Assembly (NCBI RefSeq): GCF_036588685.1
Contig: NC_086375.1
Location: forward strand, 17,422,001-17,486,000
Length of the DNA: 64,000 bases
Direction: 5' to 3'
From: Mytilus trossulus
Taxonomy: Eukaryota
The translations under genes were made by a program, and so were the position numbers. Numbering within the stretch: position 1 is the first letter of the stretch; each line of letters begins with the position of its first letter. A model generated the notes under the pieces. It had not been told where the DNA came from. It searched no databases and was given only the letters and a program-made list of their open reading frames with translations. Shown in pieces: positions 1-12,420 of this stretch.

Positions 1-402
1 TAACTACAAAGTAATAAAATAAAAACACTGTCTAGGTTTATTGTAATTTTAAGGCGCAGGAATTTCATCTATCCTGGACCCCAGTTTTTTTTTTAAAACT
101 TTTTAAAGTCATTAGCGTCTCAATGTTTCTTCCAAATTCTGCTTTTAAATAATTATCGGAGCTTCAAATTTTGTTTTATTCACAGGAAATAATGATGTGA
201 TTGTCAATAATTTTGTTTTTGACTCATCATGGTTTCCTCTCTCACTTGAAAAATCTCTGAAGCTTCAATGCACATATTTAAATTCTACATGATTTTCATG
301 TTTTTTTTAATCTGTTTTCTGATTTTTTTAAAATGGACAAAAATTTCAGTTTTTATAAATTGTAAAAAATCAAAATACGTTCCAAAATGAATAATATTGT
401 AC

Positions 403-1087
403 CTTGATCCGAAGTTTGTGTGATCGCGTTCAACACTTAATAAATGTCCACTTCCATGGTGACTTTGTTTATTATGAGCTTCCATGTATCGAGACAGATC
501 TGGCTGTGATCGACATGTTGTCATGTCTGTTCTTTCTACAGTTTCATAAGACCTTCGAAGTTCATTAGCTTTAGTACCAGGGTACTCTGGAGGTGGAGGT
601 AAAGTTGTAAAATAACTCGACTGTAGCTGATTAGGAGAATGTTCTATATTCCAGCTAGGACTAGAATAAATAGGAGCGTTCGAAAAAGTTGTCACATTTT
701 CACTACTAACTGATGAATTTTTAATTCCTGTACAAATTCCACTAAATGTACTTGGATTTGTTTGCCATTGTGAAACTGAACACGATGGACAGTTCAAATA
801 TCCATTAGGATCTGTGGGGTACGGAATACAGTGTTGTGGATGTCCTGACATATTATAATATGGCTGATTTGTAGTCGGAATAAAGTCCATTGCAGTCTTT
901 GGCATTCCAAGTCTTTCTAATATACTATAACCCATCTCACTAAACTCCGGCTGATGGTAACTTTGTTGGGTCGGTGTGTGAGTTTCCTCCCCTTGGGGTT
1001 CTTGTCTTTGTGTTGTTGATAAGTTTTCCATAGAAGACACAGATACATCTGTACTAGTTTCACTTCCTGAAAAACTTTGCCTCAAAC
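403..1087 (-). CDS. AMOT: Angiomotin-like exon 3 (RQEPQG, PPEY)
   Basis: ttttcag acceptor, AG|gtacaa donor, 685 nt, within ORF 285..1139. Confidence 0.85.
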
Positions 1088-4000
1088 CTGAAAAACACAA
1101 TATAAGCACTACTGTTATTATATTCCGTAAATAAAACACTAAGATATAATAAGACCACCGCTAGGAATTACATAATTAAATCAAGAATGCTTAAAACATG
1201 TAGTTATATAACTTCTCAAGATAGACAACAAAAAACAAAGAGATTGATAATAATCTTAAAAAACTTCGCTCATCTTACGAAATTTGAGAAATTTCATACA
1301 TCAGTAATTCAAGCAACATTCATAATGATCTATTTAAAGATTACATATATACACTGAATATACTGATTAATATTTGTGTCAAGGTGAATTACACATGCTT
1401 GTAACATGTCTGCAGATCTCAAATTTAAGATGAAAAAACATGATTACCAACTTCCATCTTTTTACACACAATTAATTTGTATTAAAATAACGCACCTGAT
1501 TGTTGGCTATACATTTGTTTAGAATGTCCTGGGTAAGGAGGAGGGTCCCTGTATTGTGCCTGTTGCTGCTGCATAGTTCTAGGTTCTTGTTCTGTGTATA
1601 TATAATCTCCTCTCAACATATCTCCTTTGGCTAATTCTACAAACAAACAAACAGTTTAAACATGTGTGTATTTAAAAACCATGTCATGTGATTAACAAAA
1701 CATAACAATTTAAATCTTTTAGTGATTATATTGTGTCAATTGAAGTGTGAAATTCTATCATAATTAGTAACATAGTAATTGGCTAGGTCATAAATCTGTA
1801 ATGAATTTCATAAGTGATTAAATTTTTTGGCTGAGTTTCAATCTCTAATAAATATGTATGAATCATACAAGAAAATATTTATTGCTTGGAATGTTTAGAT
1901 TATATAAGACTGTTGTGTCTGTTATCCTAATGAACATCAACCCATCTCCGCATATTTCTGGTTTCATGAAGAGAAATGATGCCTTCATGAAAACCATTTA
2001 TTAATTTAATGAGTTTCAAATGCATTTTTCTTGTCATTAAAAATATAACTTTATTTCATTTCAGAAAGAACTTGAAATATTACAAAAATATGTTAAAAAT
2101 TACAAGAAAAAACAGGAAAACACTTAGCTCTGTTGTTATCTGCTCATGTTAGTTGTTAATTTCGTATTCTTATTAATATATACATTTATAAATATGCTGA
2201 CAGTTCTAAACTATTTGTAATATTTTTTTCCTGCACAAGTACTGCCTTCAACAATTGAAAAAGTGAGAGACAGTGAGGTCTAAGCAGTATAAGTATAAAG
2301 TTTTCCCACCGCCATATTTGAAACCAGGTCAACCACTCTCAGCCATTTAACATAATTATATCTCTTTGAAAATTTTTCTTTCAAATTCTAAGGACTATTA
2401 TATGTATAACGAACTTTATTTTTTTTGGCTGTTTAAAAGAATAATAACCCATACTCCTACAATATTATGAATGCACATATCATACATTTACAGTATAAAC
2501 AAATTATCAGTCAAAAATCTCGTCAAAAATAGGACTGGAAATAAAAATTAATTGGTTCTGTCACATAATTTTGATTTTGAAAACTGGTTTGATTCTACAT
2601 AAATGTCTAAATTATAATATTACAAGTTTAAGGAATGTACACTGTACATGCTGTAGAAATGCATTTTGAACTTTAAGAACTTGCAACATATCATATGGTG
2701 GTTTTCAAAGTTTTAGATGTTTTGCAAGTCATGGCAGTTTACATTGATAACATTTAGATATTTTGTTTATACCACCACGACTGCATATCTTTATGACCCA
2801 CCATTACAAATTAACATGGTATGCCAACATTTTAAAAGGTGTAAAGCTTTTAATTGCAATTATAATACATTGTAGTGAAAAATACTTAATCCCAGCATAT
2901 ATTTTAACTAGAAGCAAAAATAGTGAACCAAAATTTTTGAAAACATAAATCTTAATAAAAAAAATGCATATTATTTTCAAATAGGTCAATTTTGAAGGGC
3001 ATTTCATTATGTTTTTCAATCATTACATTGGGGAAATAAAAATGAAACCAGCCACAATCAACTAATTTGAAACTACTGCATTTCCTTCATTCTGTTCAGG
3101 GTTACTACTAATAGAACAGACGGAGAGTTTACAAGACTTAATATTTTGAAACAATCCCCCAAATGAATATATTGGATTTACAAGGCCTACCCCCTTTTTG
3201 ATTGGAATAAATATCAATTTTTAGCATAACAATGTTCAATTTATTTCTCACCTAACTGGTATTTCTTTACTTTTATGCCACCCCCCCTCTTTTCAAAAAT
3301 TTTGGATCAGCCTTTGCATGGGTTAAATTTAATTTTCAATCTACAAATTTTAATTCATTGGAAATTGCCTTAAAGGTGACCGAGAAGACAGCAATTAAAC
3401 ATTTGTCTAAATCAGCAATTTTTTCGAATGAAGTTCAGGATTACCTCTTAAAAAGATAAATGTAGATTTTTTAGATTTTATTCTTGTTTAAAAAATGTTC
3501 TACAGGACATTGTTTATTAATTGTGACAGTTAATACACAATGTCACTAGCTAAAATTGTTGTTAAGATATACAATATTGTATAATATAAGCCATCATCCT
3601 TAAGAGATGTATAATATGTACATGTATGGAGAAAAAAATGTGGAAAAGCAACCCAATGAAAAAAATATTCAAGACATCAATATCGCTTTCTTGATATTTG
3701 TATTTAAAAGAAGTCATCATAACATTACCCTGATGCATATTCATGTACATAGCATTTTGCTTAAATTTCAACATTCTTCATTTTATAAGGCACACGTACA
3801 TCTCAACTTAAACTGGATAAATATTCATTTAAAGTTTTCACTTATCATAGAAATGCACATTTACACCCCAAGGTTTTTTTTTACAAATGTATCCACATTA
3901 CACAAAAAAATACTTTAGAATAGATATCAACATGAATGTAATGGTTTTATACATCTATGGTACATGTACATCAACAACATGATTCAGATACCAAATTAAA

Positions 4001-4816
4001 AAAAATGCAGATACAGAACCATAGGGGGATCCAGGGGGGGGGGGGGGCTTTTGTGGAAAAAAAATTCTGGATCCGCCACTGCGAACACTTTCTATTGTTT
4101 TACCTAAAGGTTGTCACTAACAGGATGGGGTCAACACACCAAATGGGGAACTGTTCATAGACTCATAACTTTTCAGTGAATCAGGTAAGGGCTTAGTATT
4201 CATTATCTGAGTCATTCATCTTATTAAAAATTTGCTGCCTTTTATTAAATTTATGTCAAAAAGTTTAAATAAAAAAAAATCAGTTGATTTTAGCATTATC
4301 AAATGATTACTTAATTGAGGGATTGCTAATTATTTGGGGAATAGTTCCAGAGTTGATGGGTTGTACCACAGTCGCTTTGTTGTACTTCGTTGTTACATAC
4401 CCAACCTGACTATTAATTTGGGGATATACACATTTTCGTGTATGTACACATTTTTATAATATTAAAATGAACCAGTCATGTTAATTGGGACCACTTTCAA
4501 ATAAATAAAGGCAAATGAAATTGAATTGTTGGGAACAATCATTGTCTGTTCCCAGGTGTCCCATCCGACATCCAAAATCACGTTAACCGTTACATTCCTT
4601 AAATTATATAGCAGGTGCCCGCGAGTCTATCGGGACATCCTAGGAATTTACGATCATTTTAAGATTTGACAAAGAACTGCACCGACAAGGGTCAATATCT
4701 AATACAATACACACAATTGTGATATAAATTCATAATTAAACAGATTATTTTAAGGCAAATCGTACAAAATATTAATGAACGTAAAAGTACTAGAACGTAA
4801 ACATACCTTCGGACAT
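403..4816 (-). CDS. AMOT: Angiomotin-family gene, 5' part (coding exons 4816-4807, 1636-1496, 1087-403); continues beyond window start
   Basis: GT-AG exons join in frame (phase 1, phase 1): MSEELAKGDMLRGDYIYTEQEPRTMQQQQAQYRDPPPYPGHSKQMYSQQSGLRQSFSGSET...QRQEPQGEE...LPPPPEYPG...RSQPDLSRY. RQEPQG plus PPxY motifs match the motin N-terminus; the coiled-coil/PDZ-binding part is outside the window. Confidence 0.75.
1496..1636 (-). CDS. AMOT: Angiomotin-like exon 2 (PPPY motif)
   Basis: ttgtttgtag acceptor, gtgcgt donor, 141 nt open, encodes QQQQAQYRDPPPYPGH. Confidence 0.85.
4021..4081. mobile_element. Small MITE remnant with poly-G
   Basis: GGATCCAG ... CTGGATCCGCCACT inverted termini. Confidence 0.5.
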
Positions 4817-5045
4817 CTTTTTGTCAGACGTAACACGGAATCATGGGAAATGTGTGTAAGTCACTGAAGCATTTAATTTATTCCAATATGGGATACCTTG
4901 CATTCCACTGATAACGTGCCTTAGAGATAAATTTACTGAAGTAGGACAAACTATTTCTACTATTTTGTTTAATTCCATATTAGGTTACGGCCTGTGATTG
5001 TAAAGTTAGGAGGGAAACGACAAATGTCAATCATTGGAATGGCAA
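4590..5045. promoter_or_regulatory. Putative angiomotin promoter/first intron with three TEAD-type MCAT motifs
   Basis: CATTCC at 4593 and 4901, GGAATG at 5036, flanking exon 1. Confidence 0.35.
4807..4816 (-). CDS. AMOT: Angiomotin-like exon 1 (coding part, ATG TCC GAA G)
   Basis: aaagATGTCCGAAG|gtatgt; phase 1 matches exon 2; lies in a locally CpG-richer region. Confidence 0.6.
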
Positions 5046-8000
5046 ACATGATGCGTGAATTGATTTAAAACCGTTATCAAATTAAAACATAAAAATTGGT
5101 ATAATAATCCCTTTTCCACGTGGCCCATGAAAGAAAGACACAAAAAAAAATTTATGAATACTGTATGTTATACTTATTAAAGTAAGAAAAGTTTGAAAAG
5201 AACATAATAATCAAGATGTAAAATTTCGGTGAAGTGTTTAGTTTAAAATCTATCAAGTTGTCCACTTTGCTTATCTGAGATGATCTATTTTAAATAAATA
5301 TAGATATATTTTTATAATTAAAAGTTTTATGTATATAAACTATAATGAAGAATCACATGCAATAATTTGATATACTGTGTAAGAAAGGCCAGGATGTGGG
5401 GGGTTATTTACAAAAACGAATACAGACATAATTCAAAGATATATGCAAGAAAACCGTAACTTCGGTAAGAAATAAAAGGTCCCGGTCAGCTACCGATGAC
5501 CTTTATACAATGTCCTTGGTCACAGATTAAAATTTGGACACACGTGTTATCTTTACATTTCCCATTTCCATTCTAAATTTTATGTTTACAAATATGATTT
5601 ACTATATATATATAAATATAGCATGGCCAGAAGACAATAGCGAACTTGTTGTGTTCTGATTATGCATAAATAGTTTCGAAATTTTCAAGATAAGATAAAT
5701 CCCTGCAAGGGGTTTTAATTTTTCATCATCCCGTAACCAAAGCCAATATTTATATAGCTTCTATATATATGGTTTTGATTTTAACCAGCCTGATGGTCAT
5801 AGTTTTAAAAGATATAAACATCCTGTAACCGATAGTTTTGAATTCGTATGAATATTTTTTTCACTTTCAATGTCCTTTTATATATATATTTATTATTCTT
5901 CTAATTCTATTCATACTGAAAAAAAGAGGACCCTTTGTTTTTGGAACCCGTCAGTCTTGGACTTTTAACAAACGCAAACGTATAGCATTGGAGAAAAAAG
6001 TTGTGACGCAAAAGGACGCATTTTTTGGCGCAAACAGAGCTCTCTCTTTAAAACGAGATCATTTTTTCATATACTACAAAAAAATATGTCCTATCCAATG
6101 AGACATTAAAGTCTCTTGTTTTATAATATTTTTAAATGCATTTATACAATGAGGTTATAAAATTATTTCGGAATGAAAATGCATTCTTTAATTGAATTTG
6201 TTGGAAGACTACAACAAGTTGTTACTCAAATCAAAATGTTGCCATGTAACATAAGGCAACATCAATTTCGATTTTTCATCTAGTAAACATTTTATAAGGT
6301 TTTCCTATTTAATAGTTTCCCTTTCCTGGTCACGTCATTTCCTTTTGTTTAATTTAACAACTTTTTTTCTTTTAAAGCAACGACGGAGCCCGTTCCATGT
6401 TAACCCCTTAACCTTGGCATCAAATGCAGCAGTCCATGTAATCATACAGATTAAAAAGATATCTTACTCCAATATTTTTCTTACACTTTTGCAATAGAAT
6501 TCATTTCCATATTTAATTCTCATCTCTCAATAATAATGCCAGGCAACTGTATCCATAATTTCGGAATAAACAAAATCTTTGATATATGAATTAAATTATT
6601 AAATCAATATGTCGCAGTTTCGTCTGTTTGATTTAACAGACTAAAGAAATATATTAAATCATTTTCAAACACATTTTTCGAATTTCACACAAAAAGAAAA
6701 CTATTGCGATATATGTATAAGAAAAATGTCATTTCAAATTCATACTTTTTGGGTAAAACTCAGCAAAATTTTTCGCTTCAAATTATAAATCAAAGGAAAT
6801 TCGAATATTTTTTCTAAATTTTTTTTCTTCAGAAAAAGGAATAATGGAAGTTTCATTCTCTGTATCTGTTCCATGTGCAAACCCTTTTGAATCGTATCAA
6901 TGTCAATGCAGTATACTTGAAGTGTAATTTTGATATGGTCTCTATATATTTAGTGGAGCTAAAGACAGGTCCATATGGAAATTAAAATGTACAAATATTT
7001 GGAGTATTTCAATTTTCTGGGTTATATTTTTAACTATTGCGGATTGAATAAATTTTATCAATACGAAATAATGTAATTAGTAAGAAACTTTGATAATTGT
7101 TGATATTATCTTTTCTGTAACCATGTGTTTGGTTTATTAGAATTTATAAATATCATTCATTCATTAAAACGAAACACAAAACGTAATTGGTATTCATAGA
7201 AAAAGTAGTAACAAAAATAAACAAATGTAACTAATTACAACACAAGTAACATAATTATTAAAATTAAAAACACATGTAATTAGTTAAATTAGAAATCCCT
7301 ACCTTTACGGATTTGAAAGTTAACATACGTCGGAGTATTATCTTGTCTCTCGAATGCCATCATACTTAAATCAATCCCCTTTTCCTTTTCTATTTCCCGA
7401 CACACTTCTATACTCAAGAATTTTAAGTAGTATATCCTTTTAAAGTTAATTATGAAATGGACATCTTCCTGTATATGATATACTTGTAACCTCCTCAAAG
7501 ATATTATCGAAATTCAGTATTAAAATTCCTTAGTTACGTTCAGCACTTACGCAAACAGCAGTTTTCATTAAATATGAGAAATATTTTTTTCTGTACTAGT
7601 CTGAATGATTGTTATAAATAACTCCTAGCATATTTTGCATTCCAACGACTTGCGCTATGATAACGAATATACAACTACATCAACACTGATAATCAGTGTT
7701 ATATTTGTTTATTCTTCATATAAATTTCATCTAAAGAAAATTATATCAAATTTTATTTATTCAAGCCAAAGAAGACATTGAAATAAAATATTTTAAACAC
7801 GCAAAGCATTATAAGATATTACACAATTTTTCTTCTATATCAAACAAAGCTATGAAGCTATACCTTACCCCCTATCAATAATAGTAAGTTTTTATTACCT
7901 GGTCAAAACCCTTATTTGTCGTAATACTAAATAAAATGTCTGTGGAATTTGGTTGTTTTCACATACAATAAAAGGATAGTATGGATGAATACACATACTA

Positions 8001-9179
8001 TTTTGAAGGTTAAAATCATAAATCAAATCAGGTCCTTTGGCAATTTTACAACAATACAACCACTACTTGAATAAGCTTAGGAATGTGGCTAGATGCCTTT
8101 CCAGTTCAATATTTAATATTTCTTTTCATAAGTATGTATTTATTGTGCATTATGTACCGACATGTCCTTTTAATGTTCAATTTAAGGTTTGGCACCTGCT
8201 CAAAAACACGATTTTTTTTATTATTACATTTAATAAGTTTTATGGAATGTAAATACGAAACCTTTCAAGAATTTAAATTATCTGAAAAGCTTTGATTTAA
8301 TATCAGAGATAATATATTTCGGTAATGTTTGATAGTACATTGACATTCATGCATTGAGTATTTAGTGGCCATAAATTAAAACTGTTTTTGCAGTTAAAGA
8401 GTTAATATTTTTTACTTAACTGAGTTTTAATGAGATAGGGAATAAATCCTACACATCAATAAATAAATAAAAACAAACAAACAAACACAATAACATATGG
8501 ACTTAATCATAATAAGTGGAAAACATTAACAAAACGCATACAACCAGTTATAAAATTGAGACGAAAGATATAAAAATAACCGTTACAAAAAATCTTCCAT
8601 TGAGATACAAAGATTTGGCTACAATGTTTGGCTGTACCTATAAAATTCTTTTGAAAAAAACGGATATAATATCCTTATTTTATACGGCGATGCTGTTAAT
8701 AGAGCCCGTAAATTTAGATATAATCCACGCAAGCTTTTAATTCTTTGTATACACTTATTCTCAAAGTTATCAACAGTCGTCAAATCTTTAAATATTGTTT
8801 TTGTCGGTACTATTTACTTGTGTTTTGGCATTGCACAACGTTTTGTGTTTCTCAGACTGTTTATGAAAACTTTCATATTTGCCTAAATCCGTTGGATATG
8901 CACTGATTGATACCTCAGTCTTGGAGAACATTATTTATATTTATGAGTTGCAATTGCCTTTGAAATAGCGTTAGTATTCTTATATCGATGCCTTGTGAAT
9001 TGTGTTTATGTTTTTTGTTATTGTTAATCTTTTGAGTTAAGCTACATCGGTTAATTTGTCAATGTGTTTTTTTTTGTGTGCTATTCTATTTTAGTTACTT
9101 CAAAGTCAAATTGAGGCCTTTAATAGCCGACTATATGTATCGGTTTCGATCAATGTTGAAGTCAAACGGTGACCTATAT

Positions 9180-9720
9180 AAAAAAAAAAAGAAGATGTGG
9201 TATGATTGCCAATGAGACAACTATCCACAAAAGACCAAAATGACACATACATTAACAATTATAGGTCACCGTACGGCCTTCAACAATGAGCAAAGCCCAT
9301 ACCGCATATAGTCAGCTATAAAAGACCCCGATAAGACAATGTAAAACAATTCAAACGAGAAAACTAACGGCCTTATTTATGTAAAAAAAAAAATGAACGA
9401 AAAACAAATATGTAACACATAAACAAACGACAACCACTGAATTACAGGCTCCTGACTTGGGACAGGCACATACATAAATAATGTGGCGGGGTTAAACATG
9501 TTAGCGGGATCACAACCCTCCCTTAACCTGGGACAGTGGTATAACAGTACAACATAAGAACGAACTATAAAAATCAGTTGAAAAAGGCTTAACTCATCAG
9601 ATAGACAAAAAATAAAAGTGGACGTGGCCGGGTACTTATACATCCAGACACAATGAACAGATCTGAGAGTACTCGCAGTTATCTGACAGCTAGTTCAAAG
9701 CCATTAACAACTAATAAAAA
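9180..9720. repeat. Interspersed repeat (aagaagatgtggtatgattgccaatgagacaac family); fragments at 12645-12720 and, inverted, 9118-9178 and 57195-57320
   Basis: Direct sequence similarity among copies. Confidence 0.7.
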
Positions 9721-12025
9721 ATGAATGATTATATCCAATTACTGGAACTCCTATGGGTAGTTGTATGTATCATTGACAATCATTCCACATCTCCATATCT
9801 TTAAATACGACAACCACTTAAAAACCAAGATAAGACTAACGGGTATTACTGGTGGAGAAGGAAATGTTTACCCTTTTCGAGCCAGATGAGTACATCAACG
9901 GTATACGTGTCGTTAAATATTAAGTGTGTGTGCCATTGTTTGTCTTATTGAAGTTTGTATAGCCATGGTGTAATCTGTTTTTCTTCGATTGATTGTTTTT
10001 GATACCCTTGGTATCATCTACCATTTATACATCTATCAAAGTCACGCCACTAAATGGTTTTAACTGTTTTAATGCAGTTTCACAAAACACAATGTTTTTT
10101 TTTCTAAAAATGATTAAAAACAATACATGTACAGACTCTGTTATCGAACTGGAACTGTATTTTAAGACCCCAAATTAGTATGATATCAAACTATCAGCTT
10201 TTAGCCCTGTCAGATTCCTGCAGCGGAATTATACATCCGTACATCTTTTGTTAAAAGCAGTTAACTTTAGAATCTAATTAGAATTAAGAAAAAGACCACA
10301 AAGAAGTTTCCAAATTCAAGAAATGCGAACATGGAGGAATTTAATCAATATTACAACAACCAGTAAACATTTAAACAGAAACGCGCCAAATCTAACATAA
10401 TGTAGAGAAGGTTAATGATCTTGAGAATTTTATCCCACTTATGATCAGTTATTAAAAGTAAACAAATTTAAAAACGTCATGAAGCGTGGTTCGTCTGCAT
10501 AACACTCATCATTGGCGCTAACATAAAATAGCTGAAAGACCAAATTATGAACGAAGTTAAAGAACCTTGAAACTGAAAAATTTGTTACAAACAGTTTGAT
10601 TTAAATCTTTTAAAGTTTATAATACGTTTGATGTAAAACGGTGGATTGTGAACTGTATAAATATAAAAGCATCATAAAATGGTAGTCTGTTTATTTACTT
10701 TAAACATTAAACTTTGGATATGGCATTAATTAAAATAAATAAATAAAAGCAAAAACAAACGTGATATTCAGAACAACAGATAAATCCTACTATGTATCTG
10801 GTCAGAAAATGAAAAGACTTGATGTATTTTGTCTATTCATTAGAGAATGTACAAAAGGAATGTATTATACACAGAATTTAGAAGAAGTTAAATTCTTAGT
10901 TCAAGTTAAGAATCATTCATTAGATTGATGTTTTATTTATTAATATAATAGAATTGAAAATTATATTTTTGTTGAAGACAATGTAACGAGCAACTGAGTG
11001 AAATGAAGAAATTTTAAAAGAAAAAAAAACCAACAGATATTTTTTAACGAAAAGTATTTCATTAGTATGACAGACTTTGAACACTTGTTACTAGTGTTTT
11101 AACTAATGCATAATTTATGTATATGTGCATTAAAATAAAATTATTTTTACGAGCCCCAACCAAAGATAAACGAACGAACGAAACGTGACACCCGTCTTAA
11201 ATGAGGAATCGGATTTAAAGTCCCCATTGGATGTGGATTAACATACATCTGGCAGAGCCAAACGACCGCGCACTTTAGCGATGGAATGCAATATCCCAAT
11301 TTTCGACATTTATAGCTATGATGTCAGTTTGTTTTTGCTCAGACATTGGTTCAAATATGATGGACTGTCTTGAAAGCAAGAGGTTCAGCTAGCTGTAAAA
11401 CCAGGTTTAATCAACCATTTTCTACATAAGGAAATGCATGTATCAAGTCTGGAACTTAACAGTTATTTTCTATTCGTTTGATGTGTCTTACTTTTTGATT
11501 TTGCCATCTGATAAAGGACTTTTCGTTTTAAATTTTCCGTGGAGTTCGGTATTTTTGTTGTTTTACTTTTTATTCCCAGACGTAAGTATTTCAGGGATGG
11601 CCAAGTCAATCTTTATGCATGGATTCTTAGCCTAGAAGTTATTGTATGCACAGAAAGTAGTGTTTTGCTATTGGAAGGACTGAATGACGGTTAACTCATT
11701 GGAACATATAAAGGTTTCGTAAATTAATCCAGAGTGCCGGTATATTGAAGACAGAAATAAAATACGAATAAGAAACAGAAAAAACCGCATGCATTCATTT
11801 TAAACCATGTCGATCGTTTTTCATTTTTACGTTTCTGAGTCGATACCTCTGCTGATGGTCTATCAGTCCCCGACGATGGCATCAGCCCAATTCTTCGTAT
11901 CCTTGAAAATTATATGTTGTTTTTATTTTTGCATAATTTTCAAAACTATGATATCATAATGAAGATACAAGTCTACCTTAGTTTTGATAAAAATGACAAA
12001 ATCTACCAAAGGATAAAAAATATAA

Positions 12026-12420
12026 TAGTTATCATAGGTATCAGGATAATAATTCAATATACCAGACGCGGGTTTCGTCTACATAAGACTCATCAGTGAA
12101 GCTCATATCAAAATAGTTATAAAGCCAGAAAAGGTACAAAGCTGAAAAGCATTGAGTACCCAAAATTCCAAAAAAAGTGCCAAATACGACTAAGGTAATC
12201 CATGCCTGGGATAAGAAAATCTTTAGTTTTCATAAAATTCAAAGTTTTGTAAACAGGAAAATTTATAAAAATTACCATATATTTGAATTTCATGTCAACA
12301 CCGAAGTGCTGACTACTGGGCTGGTGATACTCGGGGAAGAAACGTCCACTAGCAGTGGCATCGATCCAGTGGTGAAAATAGTTATCAAAGGTACCAGGAT
12401 TATAATTTAATACGACAGAC
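12026..12420 (-). mobile_element. Hammerhead retrozyme, 1.1 monomers (period 353 bp); extra fragment 12454-12523
   Basis: Terminal redundancy TAGTTATCA(T/A)AGGTA(T/C)CAGGAT at 12026 and 12379; minus-strand core CTGATGA-GTC..GAC-GAAAC-CCGC-GTC at 12060-12100. Confidence 0.8.

Noticed and set aside
9560-9606. CTGATGAG on the minus strand as a possible hammerhead
   Set aside because: No GAAA or NUH in the required positions.
10196-10260. SCSGIIHPYIF resembling a GPCR TM7
   Set aside because: Short, followed by a stop, no supporting upstream helices.
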